The translations under genes and the position numbers were made by a program. Of a stretch of DNA of 64,000 nucleotides, positions 1 through 12,040 are shown piece after piece (position 1 is the stretch's first letter; every line of letters begins with the position of its first letter). A model generated the notes under the pieces. It had not been told where the DNA came from. It saw only the letters and a list, made by a program, of their open reading frames with translations, and did not search any database. This DNA comes from an uncultured Chthonomonadaceae bacterium (lineage in GTDB: Bacteria; Armatimonadota; Chthonomonadetes; Chthonomonadales; Chthonomonadaceae), in contig CAWFQB010000001.1 of the NCBI GenBank assembly GCA_963817895.1, forward strand, positions 1,408,001-1,472,000. The letters run 5' to 3'.

Positions 1-73
1 CAATCTTACCTGGAAGGGAGGTGCCAAAAAGATGCCTGTACATACACGGTCGCCGTGACCATAATGAGGTCAC
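1..73 (-). CDS. Possible N-terminus of a gene running off the window edge
   Basis: On the minus strand AAGGAGG is followed by GTG at 71-73 and an open frame to base 1 (MTSLWSRRP...). Product unknown. Confidence 0.3.
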   Translation of the reverse strand, partial: MTSLWSRRPCMYRHLFGTSLPGKI

Positions 74-343
74 GACGCCTCCTTAGAAAAAATTTGACAC
101 AACGAGACACTGGGCTGGAAGCGCTGCATTGCCAATATTTCGACGCTGTCTCTGCATACTCTTTTTCTTTTTCCGTTTAGAGACGCCGACCCTGCCAGAT
201 AATTTTCCAGCGCATAAATCGCGGATACAGTAAACTACAGCGCAACAAAGTCAAATTACCCATCTCTAACCAGAATATAGCCTCGTAATAAGACTTAAAT
301 CAGGGTTGCTCTTCTTCACTATTACCGTCAGAGGAAAGTTTAC

Positions 344-3018
344 ATGATTCAGGGCAGATCACTCACAGCCCCGCGCTCAAATTTCCGTAAGAAAGCAGGG
401 GGGACATGGCGACGCTCGCTTGCCTTACTCCTTTCCGGCAGTGGGATGCTGCTGGTGTTTGCCGCATCTGTCGGGCATAGCAGTCCTCCCGTTCCTGCGC
501 GGGCGCAAACCACTCTGGCAATGCCGCCCGCCGCGCAGAGTTTTTTGCGTCAAAACTGCCTGGCCTGCCACAGCAAAACGAACACAAGCGGCGGGTTGGA
601 CCTGAAAATCGCCTTTCATCCCGAAGTTGCGGCCAATTTCAGCCTTTGGGTCAAGGCGCATGACCGCGTTGCCGCCGGAGAAATGCCCCCGAAAACGTCT
701 CCGCAACCCGCTCCCGCCGCGCGTAAGAGTTTCCTGGCCGCCCTCAGTCAGCCCCTGATTGCCGCGGATACGGCGCGAACCCGGCGCGAAGGGCGTTCCA
801 CATGGCGGCGCATGAACCGCTATGAGTACGAGAATACCCTCCGTGACCTGCTGGACGCGCCCTGGCTGCAAATCAAAGACATGCTGCCCGAAGATGGCCT
901 TTCCGCCCGCTTTAACAAGGTGGGGGACGCGCTGGATGTATCCCACGTACAGATGAGCCGTTATCTCGCCGCCGCCGGTTACGCCCTGCGGGAAGCCCTG
1001 CCCAAACAGGCCGCGCGACCCGAAACCACGACCACGCGATTTTACGCGCGCGAACAGCGCTCCTTTGTCGGCCCCGCGAAATTCACCGTATTCAATACCG
1101 CGTCGGAACGGGCAACATTTCCCATTCTCGGCGATGCGGCGGATATTCCCGCGCTGATGGAAACCGCGCCCATGACCGTAGGCGCGGCAGACCCGGCGAA
1201 GCGCGAACTGGAAGCGATGGGCGTAGCTGCCGGCGCGTATGAGCCGCTTAGCCCCGTTTCGACCGGTTCCGCGCCCCTGTTTCCGGGCGTTACAAACTCC
1301 GGCTGCGCGCCCATTCGTTCTGGGCCGCGCCCGACAACCCCAAACAATGGTGGCATCCCAGCCGCAAGGACCTTTCCGCAGGCCGGACACAGGAACCGAT
1401 AAGCCTGTACGCCTCCTCCCCGCCGCAGCAATTACGCAAACTGGGCAGCGTGGATGTCGGCCCGCAGTCCACAATCGGCGAAATCGAAGCCGACCTGATC
1501 AAGGGGGAAACCATTCTGCCCGACGCCGCCCGTCTGTTCCGTTCGCGTCCCCCCAACTGGCACAACCCTCTGGCGGAAAAGGACGGACAGCCGGGAGTCG
1601 CTTACCAGTGGCTGGAAGTGGAAGGTCCGCTGTACGAGGCGTGGCCGACGCCGGGACAGCGCCTGCTGTGCGGCGATTTGCCTCTGAAAGAGACAGGGAC
1701 AAAAGGCAGCAAACAAATCGAGATTGTTTCCAGTGATCCCGATGGGGACGCATCCCGGCTCATTCATGGTTTCATGAAACGCGCCCTGCGTCGTCCGATT
1801 GGCGCGTCCGATGTTGAGCCGTTCGTGAAACTCTTCCACACGGCGCGGCAATCGGGCGCGGATTTTACGGAATCGCTGCTCACCGCGTATACCGGCGTAC
1901 TCTGTTCGCCCGCCTTTGTCACCCTCGAAGAACGACCGGGACTGCTCAACGACTACGCTCTTGCGACGCGGCTGTCGTACTTTTTGTGGAACTCGGAACC
2001 CGACGACGTGTTGCGCTCACTGGCCGCTCAGGGCGCATTACATACTCCGAAAACGCTGGTCGCGCAAACCAACCGGATGCTGGATGACCCACGCTCACAA
2101 CGGTTCGTGTCCGCGTTTCTCGACTACTGGCTCGACCTGCGCAAGACCGGCAACACCTCGCCCGATGAGACGCTGTATCCCGACTACTATCTGGACGACT
2201 ACCTTACCGAATCGTCCATAGAGGAACCCCGCGCCTTTTTCGCCGAACTGATACGCGGCAACCTGCCTGCCCACAATCTCGTCGCCTCGGATTTTGTCAT
2301 GGTCAATCAGCGCCTTGCCACGCTGTACGGCCTGCCCGATATTGCGGGTTCCCACCTTCGGCGCGTGGCCCTGCCGCAAGATTCGGTGCGCGGCGGATTG
2401 CTCACGCAGGCAAGCGTGTTGAAAGTCACCGCGAACGGCACGACCACTTCACCCGTCTTGCGCGGAGCGTGGATTACGGAGCGGATTTTAGGGCAGCCCG
2501 TTCCGCCCCCGCCGCCTTCCGTCCCCGCTGTGGAACCCGACATACGCGGCGCGACCACCATCCGCGAACAACTGGCGAAACATCGCACGCAGGCGACCTG
2601 CCAATCCTGCCACGCCCGCATTGACCCGCCCGGTTTCGCGCTGGAAAGTTTCGACGTTTTTGGCGGCTGGCGCGACCACTACCGCGCATTGGGCGACGGC
2701 CCGAAGACTGCGGGCTTCGGGAAGAACGGTCAGGCGTTTGTGTTCCATGCCGCGCAACCCGTAGACCCGTCCGGTTCCCTGCCCGATGGCCGCAAGTTCA
2801 GCGATGTTCGGGATATGAAACGCCTGCTGTTGCAGGATGAGCGGCAAATTGCCCGTAACCTTGTCCGGCAATTGGTGACATACTCTACGGGAGCAACCGT
2901 AGGATTCGGCGACCGACCGCAAGTGGAAGCCATCTTAAATCGCGCTCAATCCGGGGGATACGGGGTAAAATCCATCCTTCACGAAATCATTGCCAGCGAC
3001 CTCTTCAGGAACAAGTAG
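344..3018 (+). CDS. DUF1592-family protein (planctomycete-type cytochrome c plus DUF1587/1595/1592/1588/1585 domains), split by one frameshift near 1250
   Basis: CLACH and CQSCH haem motifs; [60 protein letters not shown]. Adding one base at about 1250 joins ORFs 344-1402 and 1450-3018 (…[23 protein letters not shown]…). Confidence 0.85.
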
Positions 3019-3031
3019 GAAAAGTGAACCT

Positions 3032-4354
3032 ATGAAAACCGTCCATGTCTGCACACCGCAACCCCTGTCCCGGCGTCATTTTCTGCGAGGAACCGGCGTT
3101 CTGTTGAGCCTGCCGCTTCTGGATGCCATGCTGCCCGCCTTTGCCCGTGCCGATTCCAAGAGCCTCGCGCCGCGCCGTTTTCTCGGCATCTGCAACAATC
3201 TGGGTGTGCTGCCGGACAAGTTTTTTCCGGGCGCGGATCAGACAGGGCGCGATTATGCGCTATCGCCCTATCTGGAACACCTGCGCGACTTCCGTTCTGA
3301 TTTCACCGTAATGAGCGGCGTCACGCATCCCGACGTGGACGGCGGGCATCCCGCCGACATCTGCTTTCTGACCGCCGCGCCCCATCCTTCGAGCGGCGGA
3401 TTTCGCAACACCATATCTCTCGATCAGTTTGTAGCCGAGCGCATCGGGCATCTGACCCGCTTCCCCTCCCTGACATTGGGCGTCAACGTGAATGGCGCGC
3501 GCAGTCTGTCCAGCACAGCAGGCGGCGTCCTGATTCCCTGCGATGATAAGCCTTCCGCAGTGTTCCAAAAACTGTTTTTGGGAGGTTCGCCCGAAGAGGT
3601 GAAGGCGCAGACGCGCAGTTTGGCGTTGGGACAAAGCATCATGGACACCATTGCCGGTCAGACGCAACAACTGAAGCGCAATGTCGGTTCAAAGGACAGG
3701 GAGCGGCTTGACCAGTATTTTACGGGCGTCCGCGAACTGGAACAGCGCCTTGTGCAGTCGGCGGAGTGGGAAAAGAGGCCGCGTCCGGTTGTCAGCGTCG
3801 CCCCGCCCCTCGACCCAAAAGACCCAAAAGAGTACATGGAGAAAGTACGGCTGATGTACGACATGGCGCAAATGGCCTTTGCGACCGATTCCACCCGTAA
3901 CATCACCCTGATGCTCGATAGCGTCAACTCGCCCGCCATTACGGTAGAAGGCAAGGCGGTATCGGACGGCTACCACAACCTTTCGCATCATGGCCGCAGC
4001 GCGGAAAAATTGGCGCAACTGGAACAGATTGACCGCGAACACATGAAACTGCTGAACGGCCTGTTTACCAATCTGAAGTCACACAAAGAGGGCGCGGAAA
4101 CCCTGCTGGATCGGACAATGACGCTTTACGGCAGCAATTTAGGCAACGCCAACACCCACGTCACGACCAATCTCCCGGTACTCTTCGCGGGCGGCGGCTT
4201 CCGGCACGGCCAGCATCTCGCCTTCGACCGCGACCGCAACTATCCCCTGCCCAATCTGTTCGTGAACATTCTCCAACGTTTCGGCATCGAAGCCGACCGT
4301 TTCGCGTCCAGCACCGGCACAATGCGCGGCCTCGAAATGCTCAAAACGTCGTAA
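3032..4354 (+). CDS. DUF1552 family protein
   Basis: [23 protein letters not shown]-terminus, ISLDQ, YHNLSHH and NLPVLFAGG motifs; usual partner downstream of DUF1592. Confidence 0.9.
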   Translation: MKTVHVCTPQPLSRRHFLRGTGVLLSLPLLDAMLPAFARADSKSLAPRRFLGICNNLGVLPDKFFPGADQTGRDYALSPYLEHLRDFRSDFTVMSGVTHPDVDGGHPADICFLTAAPHPSSGGFRNTISLDQFVAERIGHLTRFPSLTLGVNVNGARSLSSTAGGVLIPCDDKPSAVFQKLFLGGSPEEVKAQTRSLALGQSIMDTIAGQTQQLKRNVGSKDRERLDQYFTGVRELEQRLVQSAEWEKRPRPVVSVAPPLDPKDPKEYMEKVRLMYDMAQMAFATDSTRNITLMLDSVNSPAITVEGKAVSDGYHNLSHHGRSAEKLAQLEQIDREHMKLLNGLFTNLKSHKEGAETLLDRTMTLYGSNLGNANTHVTTNLPVLFAGGGFRHGQHLAFDRDRNYPLPNLFVNILQRFGIEADRFASSTGTMRGLEMLKTS

Positions 4355-4404
4355 CTCAACAAGTTCGGGCAGGCAAATCACTCAGCCTCTAGCGGAATAC
4401 TTCT

Positions 4405-4689
4405 CTATGCTACAGCTTCTACCGGTTCGCCCGGAAACAGGATAATGTCTAATCCCTGTTCGTCTTGAAGAACCCCTTCCACTTCGGCCAACGCCTCATA
4501 AAGCGCGTACATGCGCCGAGGCCACGGACGCGGAAGGACAGGAACCCGCCACCACGTTCTGTTCCCGCTGACTGTGCTGTAGATACCACTTTCATCTACG
4601 TCAAGCGTCATACTGTCGAATGGCGGCGCGGCGGCTAAAGCTTGCCGCACAAAATCAGCAATTTCATGTTTTTGTTTTAATTCAGTCAT
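4405..4689 (-). CDS. Small hypothetical protein, putative antitoxin partner of the HEPN gene
   Basis: 94 aa; start overlaps the HEPN stop; no clear MNT catalytic motif. Confidence 0.65.
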   Translation of the reverse strand: MTELKQKHEIADFVRQALAAAPPFDSMTLDVDESGIYSTVSGNRTWWRVPVLPRPWPRRMYALYEALAEVEGVLQDEQGLDIILFPGEPVEAVA

Positions 4690-5077
4690 TTTCAACTCGC
4701 AGCAGTCGTCTTACGACCAATACATCTCGCAGGCTGTTGAAAGCCGTTTGTTTATCTACGGTTCGCCCCGGTCTATAATCTGCATCTTCCCGCGCAGTAC
4801 GCAAGGAACGAAGCAAGCGCACAACCGTTCTTCGCTCTTGTCGCGTGAAGCCACCGTTGTTCAATATCAACTCCGGCAACTGCTCATGTGATGGATTGTT
4901 CCATCCCGTCGGAAAGTTTGTACTGTCACCATGCGCCACGCAGATTGAAGTAGCGGCTTGATAGGCCGCATAGTACGCGCGACTCGCGCAGTCACGGTAG
5001 CGGCCTTCATCAAAAAGCAACTGCGCCGCCTGCAACGATTGCGCGGCTTGATTTCGCCATTGTTCTGATGAGTACAT
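4682..5077 (-). CDS. HEPN domain protein (RxxADY type)
   Basis: SRAYYAAYQA, SH and REDADY motifs. Confidence 0.85.
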   Translation of the reverse strand: MYSSEQWRNQAAQSLQAAQLLFDEGRYRDCASRAYYAAYQAATSICVAHGDSTNFPTGWNNPSHEQLPELILNNGGFTRQERRTVVRLLRSLRTAREDADYRPGRTVDKQTAFNSLRDVLVVRRLLRVEND

Positions 5078-5165
5078 GGTGGTAGGACTATTATACGGGC
5101 AATCCTCCTCAATGTACAGTGATGACGCTGCAAAAATCGCGAACTCGTGACGCGCAAAAAGATTA

Positions 5166-5693
5166 TCAGCGGGCGAAGGTAATTAAATCACAGCTGATGG
5201 CAATTACCAAACTGCGTCCCGTTTCAGAAAAGCCATATGCGCGTAATTCACAAGCGCCTTCATCGCCAATGACAACGGATTCTCCATTCATAATGCGACC
5301 ATCTTCATGCTTGACGGTTGGAGGCGTCAACAGAATACTGCGCGTCGGCCCGGCGGGGGCTTCCTCTTCCAAAAACCATTCATCTTTGGTTGTCAGTGGC
5401 AAGCCGCCCCCGAACAGTCCTGCCATACGGATGCTCTTGCCTTCCAGCGGGCCAAACCCCTGCGCGAGTAAGCGAATAGGGTCAAAGAAGTCGTGAGCCT
5501 CAACGTAGTCACGAGCCAGTTTCTCACCTGTCAAACAATCAAAAATGCCTCGGCCTTGAGAGGACAGCACCAGTAGTAAATCGCTGTTTTCGGCATAGCC
5601 AACCTGGAACAGGCCACCTACAGGCCAGGTGGCGCAATGCTTCCAGGGGGCAGGAGGCTTCTGTATAGCAGATCGAATTTTGGTAGTCATCAC
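5166..5693 (-). CDS. Hypothetical protein
   Basis: 175-aa ORF filling the gap, with globular beta-rich composition. Confidence 0.6.
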   Translation of the reverse strand: MMTTKIRSAIQKPPAPWKHCATWPVGGLFQVGYAENSDLLLVLSSQGRGIFDCLTGEKLARDYVEAHDFFDPIRLLAQGFGPLEGKSIRMAGLFGGGLPLTTKDEWFLEEEAPAGPTRSILLTPPTVKHEDGRIMNGESVVIGDEGACELRAYGFSETGRSLVIAISCDLITFAR

Positions 5694-5719
5694 CAGAAAA
5701 CCTTTACTGAAACCATTTA

Positions 5720-5788
5720 ACCTCTTTCATAAGTCTACTCGATGAGATAGGCTTCGCATCGTTCACGAGGACTTATGAAAGAGGTCTA
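5720..5788. repeat. MITE-like inverted repeat element
   Basis: Perfect 16-bp inverted repeats ACCTCTTTCATAAGTC (5720-5735) and GACTTATGAAAGAGGT (5770-5785), followed by CTA. Confidence 0.6.
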
Positions 5789-5795
5789 TTATAAT

Positions 5796-5837
5796 AACCC
5801 TTCTCCCAATGTTGGGAGAAGGGTTAGGGTTGTGGGC
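5796..5837. repeat. REP-like hairpin (CCCTTCTCCCA…TGGGAGAAGGG) at the acnA 3' end
   Basis: Stem-loop followed by a G-rich tail; related copies at about 26033 and 50032. Confidence 0.7.
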
Positions 5838-8829
5838 TACTCTCCCATTTCAGATGCCGCCTGCCGCCGTTTTGCTGGTTTCGGGTTCCTGTAGGTCGGG
5901 GTTGCCCTGCGGTGTGGCGGCCTGAGTGGACGACTTCGGCGATGAGTTGGCGCAGGACGTAGGGCAGGATGCCACCGTGCAGGAAGTAGTCCACTTCAAT
6001 CGGCGTATCAATGCGCAGGGTGAGCGGCACTTCGGTTGTTTCCACGCCGTCTTCCTTTGTCCGCTTGATAACAAGGGTGGCGTCCATGCGCGGGGATAGT
6101 CCGCCTTCCAGTCCGATTAGATCGAACGTTTCCGTGCCGTCCAGACCGAGCGACTGCGCGTTGACGCCCTCCTTGAATTGCAGCGGGAGAACGCCCATGC
6201 CGACAAGATTGCTACGGTGGATGCGCTCGAACGACTGCGCGATAACCGCCTTCACGCCCAGCAGGTTCGTGCCTTTGGCGGCCCAGTCGCGGCTCGACCC
6301 CGTGCCGTATTCCTGTCCGGCAAGAATTATCAGCGGAATATTGGACGCCTGATACTTGATGCTGGCGTCATAAATGCTGGTCTCTTCGCCATCCGGCTGA
6401 TGCCGCGTGACGCCGCCCTCCACGCCCGGAACCATCAGGTTCTTGATACGGACATTGGCGAACGTGCCGCGCATCATAATGCGGTCGTTGCCCCGCCGCG
6501 AACCGTAGCTGTTGAAGTCCTGCGGAACCACGCCCTTTTCCTGCAAATACAACCCGGCGGGACTGCTCGCTTTGATTGCGCCTGCCGGACTGATGTGATC
6601 CGTCGTCACGCTGTCGCCGAAAATGGCGAGCGCGCGGGCGTTCTTGATGTCTTTGGCGACACCCGCTTCCATGCCGAACTTGTCGAAATAGGGCGGCTCC
6701 TGAATGTACGTGGAACTCTCGTCCCAGTTGTACACGTTGCCCACGCTGCTCGGAATTTCGGCCCACAGCGGGTTCTGATCGGCAAAGTCTTTGTACAGGG
6801 CGCGGTACGTTTCCGGGTCATTGGCGGCCTGTAGCACCGCGCCAATTTCCGCCATTGTCGGCCAAATGTCGCGCAGATACACTTCATCCCCGTGCCGGTC
6901 TTCTCCCAACGGCTCGTTCGCCATGTCAATGTCCACACGCCCCGCAAGCGCGAACGCCACGACAAGCGGCGGCGACATCAGGAAATTGGCCTTCACGTTC
7001 TGGTGAACCCGCGCCTCGAAGTTGCGGTTGCCCGAAAGGACACTGGCGACAACCAGATCGTTTTTAACAATCGTCTCTTCCAGATGCGGTTCCAGCGGCC
7101 CGCTGTTGCCGATGCAGGTTGTGCAGCCGTAGCCGACGGTATGGAAGCCGATCAGATTCAGATAGGTTTGCAGTCCGGCTTTGTTCAGGTACTCCGTAAC
7201 CACGCGGCTGCCCGGCGCAAGGCTTGTTTTCACGGCAGAGCGTACCGTCAGCCCCCGTTCCACCGCTTTTTTCGCCACCAATCCCGCCGCCAGCATCACG
7301 CTCGGATTAGAGGTATTGGTGCAGGACGTAATTGCCGCAATCACCACGTCGCCGTGATGCAGGTCTACCATCTCGTGGGAGAATTCCCCGGCGGGCATAT
7401 CCTCCACGCGGTCAGGCGTAGGCCGGTTCTGCATCATTTCGATTTCGGTAATCACGCTGGTATCTTTCGCGCTTTCCAGCGCGTCCGTGCCGTCGGGAAC
7501 CGTGTCCGAATCCTGTTCGCCGCCGCCCGTCAGAGTGGCTTCCGAAACCGTTTCACCCTTGCGCAATCCGGTACGCACAAAAAAGTGTTTATTCGCCTCA
7601 TCGAATGGCTTGTTGTAGCCGCTTTCGCTTACGGGCTTGTGCAGCAGGTCATTGAACTTGGTTTTCACCTCATCCAGACTGATGCGGTCCTGCGGGCGGC
7701 GCGGACCGGCAACGCTGGGTGTTACGCTTTGCAAATCCAGTTCCAGCAGTTGGCTGTACTCTATTTCGCCCTGCTTTGGCATCCCGAACAATCCCTGCGC
7801 CTTGAAATACTGGCGGAAAGCGTCTACCTGCTCAGTTGTGCGCCCGGTTGCGGTCAGATAGCGGCAGGTTTCCTCGTCAACCGGGAAGAAGCCCATTGTC
7901 GCGCCGTATTCGGGGGCCATATTCGCGATCGTCGCCCGGTCGGTCAGGCTCAAACTGGCCGCGCCTTCGCCGTGAAACTCGACGAATTTGCCGACAACTT
8001 TGGCCTTGCGCAGCATTTCGGTAATGGTCAGCACCAGATCGGTAGCGGTCACGCCCTCCTTCAACGCGCCCGTCAGGTGAACGCCTACGACATCCGGCGT
8101 CAGAATATAAACCGGCTGGCCCAACATGCCCGCCTCGGCCTCAATTCCGCCCACGCCCCAGCCCACAATGCCAAGCCCGTTAATCATCGTCGTGTGCGAG
8201 TCGGTTCCCACAAGCGTATCGGGATAGGTTACGCCGTCTTTGTGCAGGACGCCTTTCGCCAGATACTCCAGATTGACCTGATGCACGATGCCGATGCCGG
8301 GAGGAACCACGCTGAAGCCGTTGAACGCCTGCATCCCCCACTTCAAAAACTGGTAGCGGGCGCGGTTACGCTTGAACTCGATCTCCATATTCTTTTGCAG
8401 CGCGTCGGGTATCTCGGCGTAGTCCACCTGTACGGAGTGGTCTACCACAAGGTCAACCGGCACAAGCGGCTCGATGATACCGGGGTCTTTGCCCAACCGC
8501 GCAACAGTTGAGCGCATCGCCGCCAAATCCACAAGGAGCGGAACGCCCGTGAAATCCTGCAAAATGATGCGGGCAACGATGAACGGAATCTCTTCCGTCC
8601 GTTCCGCGTTCGGTTTCCAGTTGGCGAGTGTTTGCACATCGTCCTGCGTAACCCGCTTGCCGTCCACGTTGCGCAACACGGATTCAAGCACGATGCGTAT
8701 GCTGACAGGCAGTTTGGAAACCGGGCCGACGCCTTCGGTTTCCAGTTGCGGCAGGGAGTAGAACTGCCCGGTTTTGCCATCGTCATACTGAAAGTTCTGG
8801 AGGCTGTTAAAGAGGTTGTGGGATGCCAT
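5824..8829 (-). CDS. acnA: Aconitate hydratase AcnA
   Basis: [56 protein letters not shown] and [12 protein letters not shown] motifs. Start taken at MASHNLFNS. Confidence 0.97.
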   Translation of the reverse strand: MASHNLFNSLQNFQYDDGKTGQFYSLPQLETEGVGPVSKLPVSIRIVLESVLRNVDGKRVTQDDVQTLANWKPNAERTEEIPFIVARIILQDFTGVPLLVDLAAMRSTVARLGKDPGIIEPLVPVDLVVDHSVQVDYAEIPDALQKNMEIEFKRNRARYQFLKWGMQAFNGFSVVPPGIGIVHQVNLEYLAKGVLHKDGVTYPDTLVGTDSHTTMINGLGIVGWGVGGIEAEAGMLGQPVYILTPDVVGVHLTGALKEGVTATDLVLTITEMLRKAKVVGKFVEFHGEGAASLSLTDRATIANMAPEYGATMGFFPVDEETCRYLTATGRTTEQVDAFRQYFKAQGLFGMPKQGEIEYSQLLELDLQSVTPSVAGPRRPQDRISLDEVKTKFNDLLHKPVSESGYNKPFDEANKHFFVRTGLRKGETVSEATLTGGGEQDSDTVPDGTDALESAKDTSVITEIEMMQNRPTPDRVEDMPAGEFSHEMVDLHHGDVVIAAITSCTNTSNPSVMLAAGLVAKKAVERGLTVRSAVKTSLAPGSRVVTEYLNKAGLQTYLNLIGFHTVGYGCTTCIGNSGPLEPHLEETIVKNDLVVASVLSGNRNFEARVHQNVKANFLMSPPLVVAFALAGRVDIDMANEPLGEDRHGDEVYLRDIWPTMAEIGAVLQAANDPETYRALYKDFADQNPLWAEIPSSVGNVYNWDESSTYIQEPPYFDKFGMEAGVAKDIKNARALAIFGDSVTTDHISPAGAIKASSPAGLYLQEKGVVPQDFNSYGSRRGNDRIMMRGTFANVRIKNLMVPGVEGGVTRHQPDGEETSIYDASIKYQASNIPLIILAGQEYGTGSSRDWAAKGTNLLGVKAVIAQSFERIHRSNLVGMGVLPLQFKEGVNAQSLGLDGTETFDLIGLEGGLSPRMDATLVIKRTKEDGVETTEVPLTLRIDTPIEVDYFLHGGILPYVLRQLIAEVVHSGRHTAGQPRPTGTRNQQNGGRRHLKWESSPQP

Positions 8830-9057
8830 AATGTGTCCTTGCGCGCGGTATGGCCTTTGCTTCCGGCACAGTTGCGCAACGTCCCCATTGGAGCGGGCAG
8901 CGAAACGCGCGAAAGCAGAGCAGGCCGTAAAATGTTGTTGAAGACGCTTGTATTTTACCGCCCGCCGCATCTATAATGCAAATGTCATATTTTCATGCTT
9001 TCCATGCGCATCGCGCATAGCAAAGAGCAGCAATGCGCCCCTTGCCGACTAGAACCC

Positions 9058-9140
9058 TAACAACCTGACAACTTAACAACCTGACAACTTAACAACCTGA
9101 CAACTTAACAACCTGACAACTTAACAACCTGACAACCTAA
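9058..9140. repeat. Tandem repeat, 5 x 16 bp TAACAACCTGACAACT (two related 8-mers)
   Basis: Read directly; ends 4 bp before the LysR ATG; no spacers. Confidence 0.95.
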
Positions 9141-9144
9141 TCTC

Positions 9145-10038
9145 ATGGAACTGTATCAACTGGAAACCTTTGAAGCGATTGTGGCGCATGGCAGTTTTAC
9201 CCGCGCGGCAGAGTTTTTGTGCCTGAGTCAGCCTGCGGTGACGCGGCAAATCGCCGGATTGGAAGCGGAATTAAAAATGCCGCTGTTTGATCGGTTGGGC
9301 CGGACGGTGCAAATGACTTCGGCAGGGGAGGCGCTGCATCGCTACGCGGAAACAATAGTGCGTTTGTCGCAGGAAGCGCGGCAGGCGGTGGCGGATGTGG
9401 GAACCGGCAACGCGGGGCGCGTGAGCGTGGGCGCGAGCAACACGCTGGCAACGTATGTCCTCCCGCCCCTGTTGCGGCAGTTCCGGCAAACGCGCCCGCG
9501 CGTAGAGATTGCCATACAAACCGGGGCTTCAGCGCAAATTCTGGAATTGGTACGTTCGGGAGAAGCCGATATTGGATTGGTAACGGGCGAGAACCATGAT
9601 CCGCTTCTGCTGACAACGTTTCTCGCGGAGTATGAGACTCGCGTCGTCGTTCCTGTCGGGCATCCGCTTGCCCGATTGACAACAGTTCGCGCATCGCAGT
9701 TGGAGGGCAGTCCCCTGATTTTAATGGAATCGGGAACCAACCTGCGCGCGTATGTGGATAAATTGCTGAACGAGGCAGGCGTGGAAGAGCAGGTTGCGCT
9801 GGAACTCGATAACGTGGAAGCCATCAAGCGGATGATTGAAGCGGAGTTGGGCATCTCCCTCCTGCCGGAAGTGGCCGTGCGCCGGGAAGTGACAACAGGG
9901 CGGCTTGTAGCCCTGAAACTGACGGATGTGCCTCGCGCCAGGCGTCAAATCGCCCTCGTGCATCGCCGCGACAAATACCTCTCCGTCGCCCTGAAAGCGT
10001 TTATGGAACTGCTGGAAAAAGTGAAGAGTGGAGAGTGA
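9145..10038 (+). CDS. LysR family transcriptional regulator, divergent from acnA
   Basis: N-terminal GSFTRAAEFLCLSQPAVTRQIAGLE HTH and LysR substrate-binding domain. Confidence 0.95.
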   Translation: MELYQLETFEAIVAHGSFTRAAEFLCLSQPAVTRQIAGLEAELKMPLFDRLGRTVQMTSAGEALHRYAETIVRLSQEARQAVADVGTGNAGRVSVGASNTLATYVLPPLLRQFRQTRPRVEIAIQTGASAQILELVRSGEADIGLVTGENHDPLLLTTFLAEYETRVVVPVGHPLARLTTVRASQLEGSPLILMESGTNLRAYVDKLLNEAGVEEQVALELDNVEAIKRMIEAELGISLLPEVAVRREVTTGRLVALKLTDVPRARRQIALVHRRDKYLSVALKAFMELLEKVKSGE

Positions 10039-10205
10039 GAGGCGTGGCTGGTGGTTGGTGGTTGGGCTGCTGCAAAGCGAACGCGGTCAGGCGCTTCCCG
10101 CGCGGCAAGCGTTGGAAGAATTCGGGCGGCGGCATGGCCTACTTCGTTGACATGGCGCAGGTAGCGCTAAAAACACGCAGGGTACTCTTGCCCGAATAAA
10201 ACAAT

Positions 10206-10579
10206 CTACTGCGCATTCTTGCGAATTTTTGCTACTTCTTCGCCTGACATTTTCTCATGTTTGTGCGCCCCGCTTCCCGCGCCGCTGAATCCGATGGTTT
10301 CTGTATACACAGCGCCGTCTTCAATGCGGCCTTTGTCTGCGCTGCCCATGTATTTGAAAGTAATCTCGCTGCCTTGAACGTCGTACTGACCGCTTACGCC
10401 TGTGCCGCGCTCTTGCCGTACACGAAAGTTCCGTCCGCATTTAGTTCAAGAATACAGTAGTTGACGCTGTTGGGAACGTGCCAGACGTATTTACCCGGCA
10501 GGCCGTTTGCATGACTACAGCCGTAGAGCAACGCGCATAACACAAACGCATTCAAGCAAGCAATCTAATATTGTTTCAT
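10206..10579 (-). pseudogene. Decayed lipoprotein gene (not in the ORF track)
   Basis: Manual translation gives MKQY*IACLNAFVLCALLYGCSHANGLPGKY…LELNADGTFVY…SGQYDVQGSEITF…KNAQ*, with a GGAG RBS, lipobox LYGC, a stop at codon 5 and one frameshift near 10400. Confidence 0.6.
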
Positions 10580-10898
10580 GTTCTTCTCCGTTCGTTTGCG
10601 ATATATTCCGCCTGACAGCCCTTTCCGTGTTTGCCAGCAACTCTCCTGCTGAAAATGCAAATCAGCAGGAAATTTGCTTATCAGCCACGAATATAAACCC
10701 ATATGTCCTTCTTGAGCGTTGCTCACTCCTACCCCTGTAGAGGAAACACGATGAAAACTGTCATTCATGCCCTTGTCGCCATGTTCGCGCTCCTGACCTT
10801 TTCCTGCAATGCCACGCCTCAAACGAAGACAAATCTTGGTCGCATCAATCTCAATCAGTATACCCTTACCAAAATTGAATACCCCAGTTCGTTATTTA

Positions 10899-12040
10899 CT
10901 CACCTTACGCAGGCGAGCAGTTTGTAGTCACAGATTTGCTGTTGTTGACGGTAGAATAGTGTCATGGACAAACAACTTCTGGACCTTTACTCAGACTATC
11001 TCCTTTGTTCGTTCGGCCTGACTACCGCGACGGGCCTTTCCACCCTGCTCGACGGCGCGATTAGCCACGACAAGATCACGCGGTTCTTGTCAGGACGTGA
11101 CTTCACTTCTTCGGACCTGTGGCATCTGGTCAAACCCTTGGTACGGCAGGTACAATGTGAAGACGCAGTTCTGGTCTTCGATGACAGCATCGAAGAAAAA
11201 CTCTATACGGATGAAAGCGAACTCATTTGCTGGCATTGGGATCATTGCTTCAACCGCAACGTGAAGGGCATCAACATTCTGACCTGTTTGTATCGCGCGC
11301 CCACTGCCGCTCTGCCCGTTGCCTTCGAGTTGATCCAAAAGTCGGCTTGGGAAACGCATAAGAAGACGGGCAAACCCAAGCGAGTGTGTCCCAAGACCAA
11401 GAACGAATACCTGCGCGAGATGGTGGCGCAATGTCAGAAGAACCAATTGCCTTTTCGCTATGTCCTGGCCGACGCTTGGTTCAGCGCGGCAGAAACGATG
11501 ATGCACCTCAAAAACGAAGGCAAAACCGACTTTATCTTCCCGATTAAGGCCAACCGCAAGGTGGCTTTGTCCCAGGAAGACAAGTTGGCAGGCCGCTATA
11601 TGCCCGTATCCTCGCTTTGCTGCGAAGCGGACGCCATATTGAACATCTGGCTGGAGGGGGTAAACTTCCCCCTTCTGCTGTGTAAGCAGGTCTTTACAAA
11701 CAAGGACGGCAGCCAGGGCGTTCTCTATCTCGTGACGAGTGACACGACGTTAAGCGGTTGCGACATCCAGACGATCTACCAAAAACGGTGGAAAGTGGAA
11801 GAGTATCACAAATCGGTCAAGAGCAATGCGAGTTTCGCCAAGTCGCCGACCAAAACTATTCGGACCCAGAGCAACCATATCTTCGCCTGTTTATGGGCGT
11901 ATGTGAAGTTGGAAAGTCTGCGTTTGCAGACGCGCTTGAACCATTTTGCGATGAAAGGCAGGCTCTACAAAGCGGCCCTTGCCAGCGCCTACCGCGAACT
12001 ACAACTGCTCAAAGGCATGAGTGCGCCTGCGTAAGGTGAG
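10899..12040 (+). mobile_element. Insertion sequence, IS701-like
   Basis: Terminal inverted repeats CTCACCTTACGCAGGCG / CGCCTGCGTAAGGTGAG; flanking direct repeat TTATTTA (10892-10898, 12041-12047). Confidence 0.92.
10964..12034 (+). CDS. DDE transposase (IS701-like)
   Basis: VFDDS, LADAWF and YQKRWKVEEYHKSVK motifs; stop lies inside the right TIR. Confidence 0.92.
   Translation: MDKQLLDLYSDYLLCSFGLTTATGLSTLLDGAISHDKITRFLSGRDFTSSDLWHLVKPLVRQVQCEDAVLVFDDSIEEKLYTDESELICWHWDHCFNRNVKGINILTCLYRAPTAALPVAFELIQKSAWETHKKTGKPKRVCPKTKNEYLREMVAQCQKNQLPFRYVLADAWFSAAETMMHLKNEGKTDFIFPIKANRKVALSQEDKLAGRYMPVSSLCCEADAILNIWLEGVNFPLLLCKQVFTNKDGSQGVLYLVTSDTTLSGCDIQTIYQKRWKVEEYHKSVKSNASFAKSPTKTIRTQSNHIFACLWAYVKLESLRLQTRLNHFAMKGRLYKAALASAYRELQLLKGMSAPA

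Noticed and set aside
344..4354. DUF1592/DUF1552 pair as a novel system
   Set aside because: It is a known, widespread gene pair of unknown function; nothing specific is new here.
5824..5945. Unusual AcnA C-terminal extension
   Set aside because: It reads into a REP hairpin. A one-base shift near 5935 gives an alternative tail ending at 5850, so it is probably an indel; this cannot be resolved without reads.
6892..8511. Long antisense ORFs (here and opposite apbC, the iorB-like gene, oppA and others)
   Set aside because: Shadow ORFs of GC-rich coding strands with no motifs.
9058..9140. CRISPR array
   Set aside because: The 16-bp units are head-to-tail with no spacers, and there are no cas genes.
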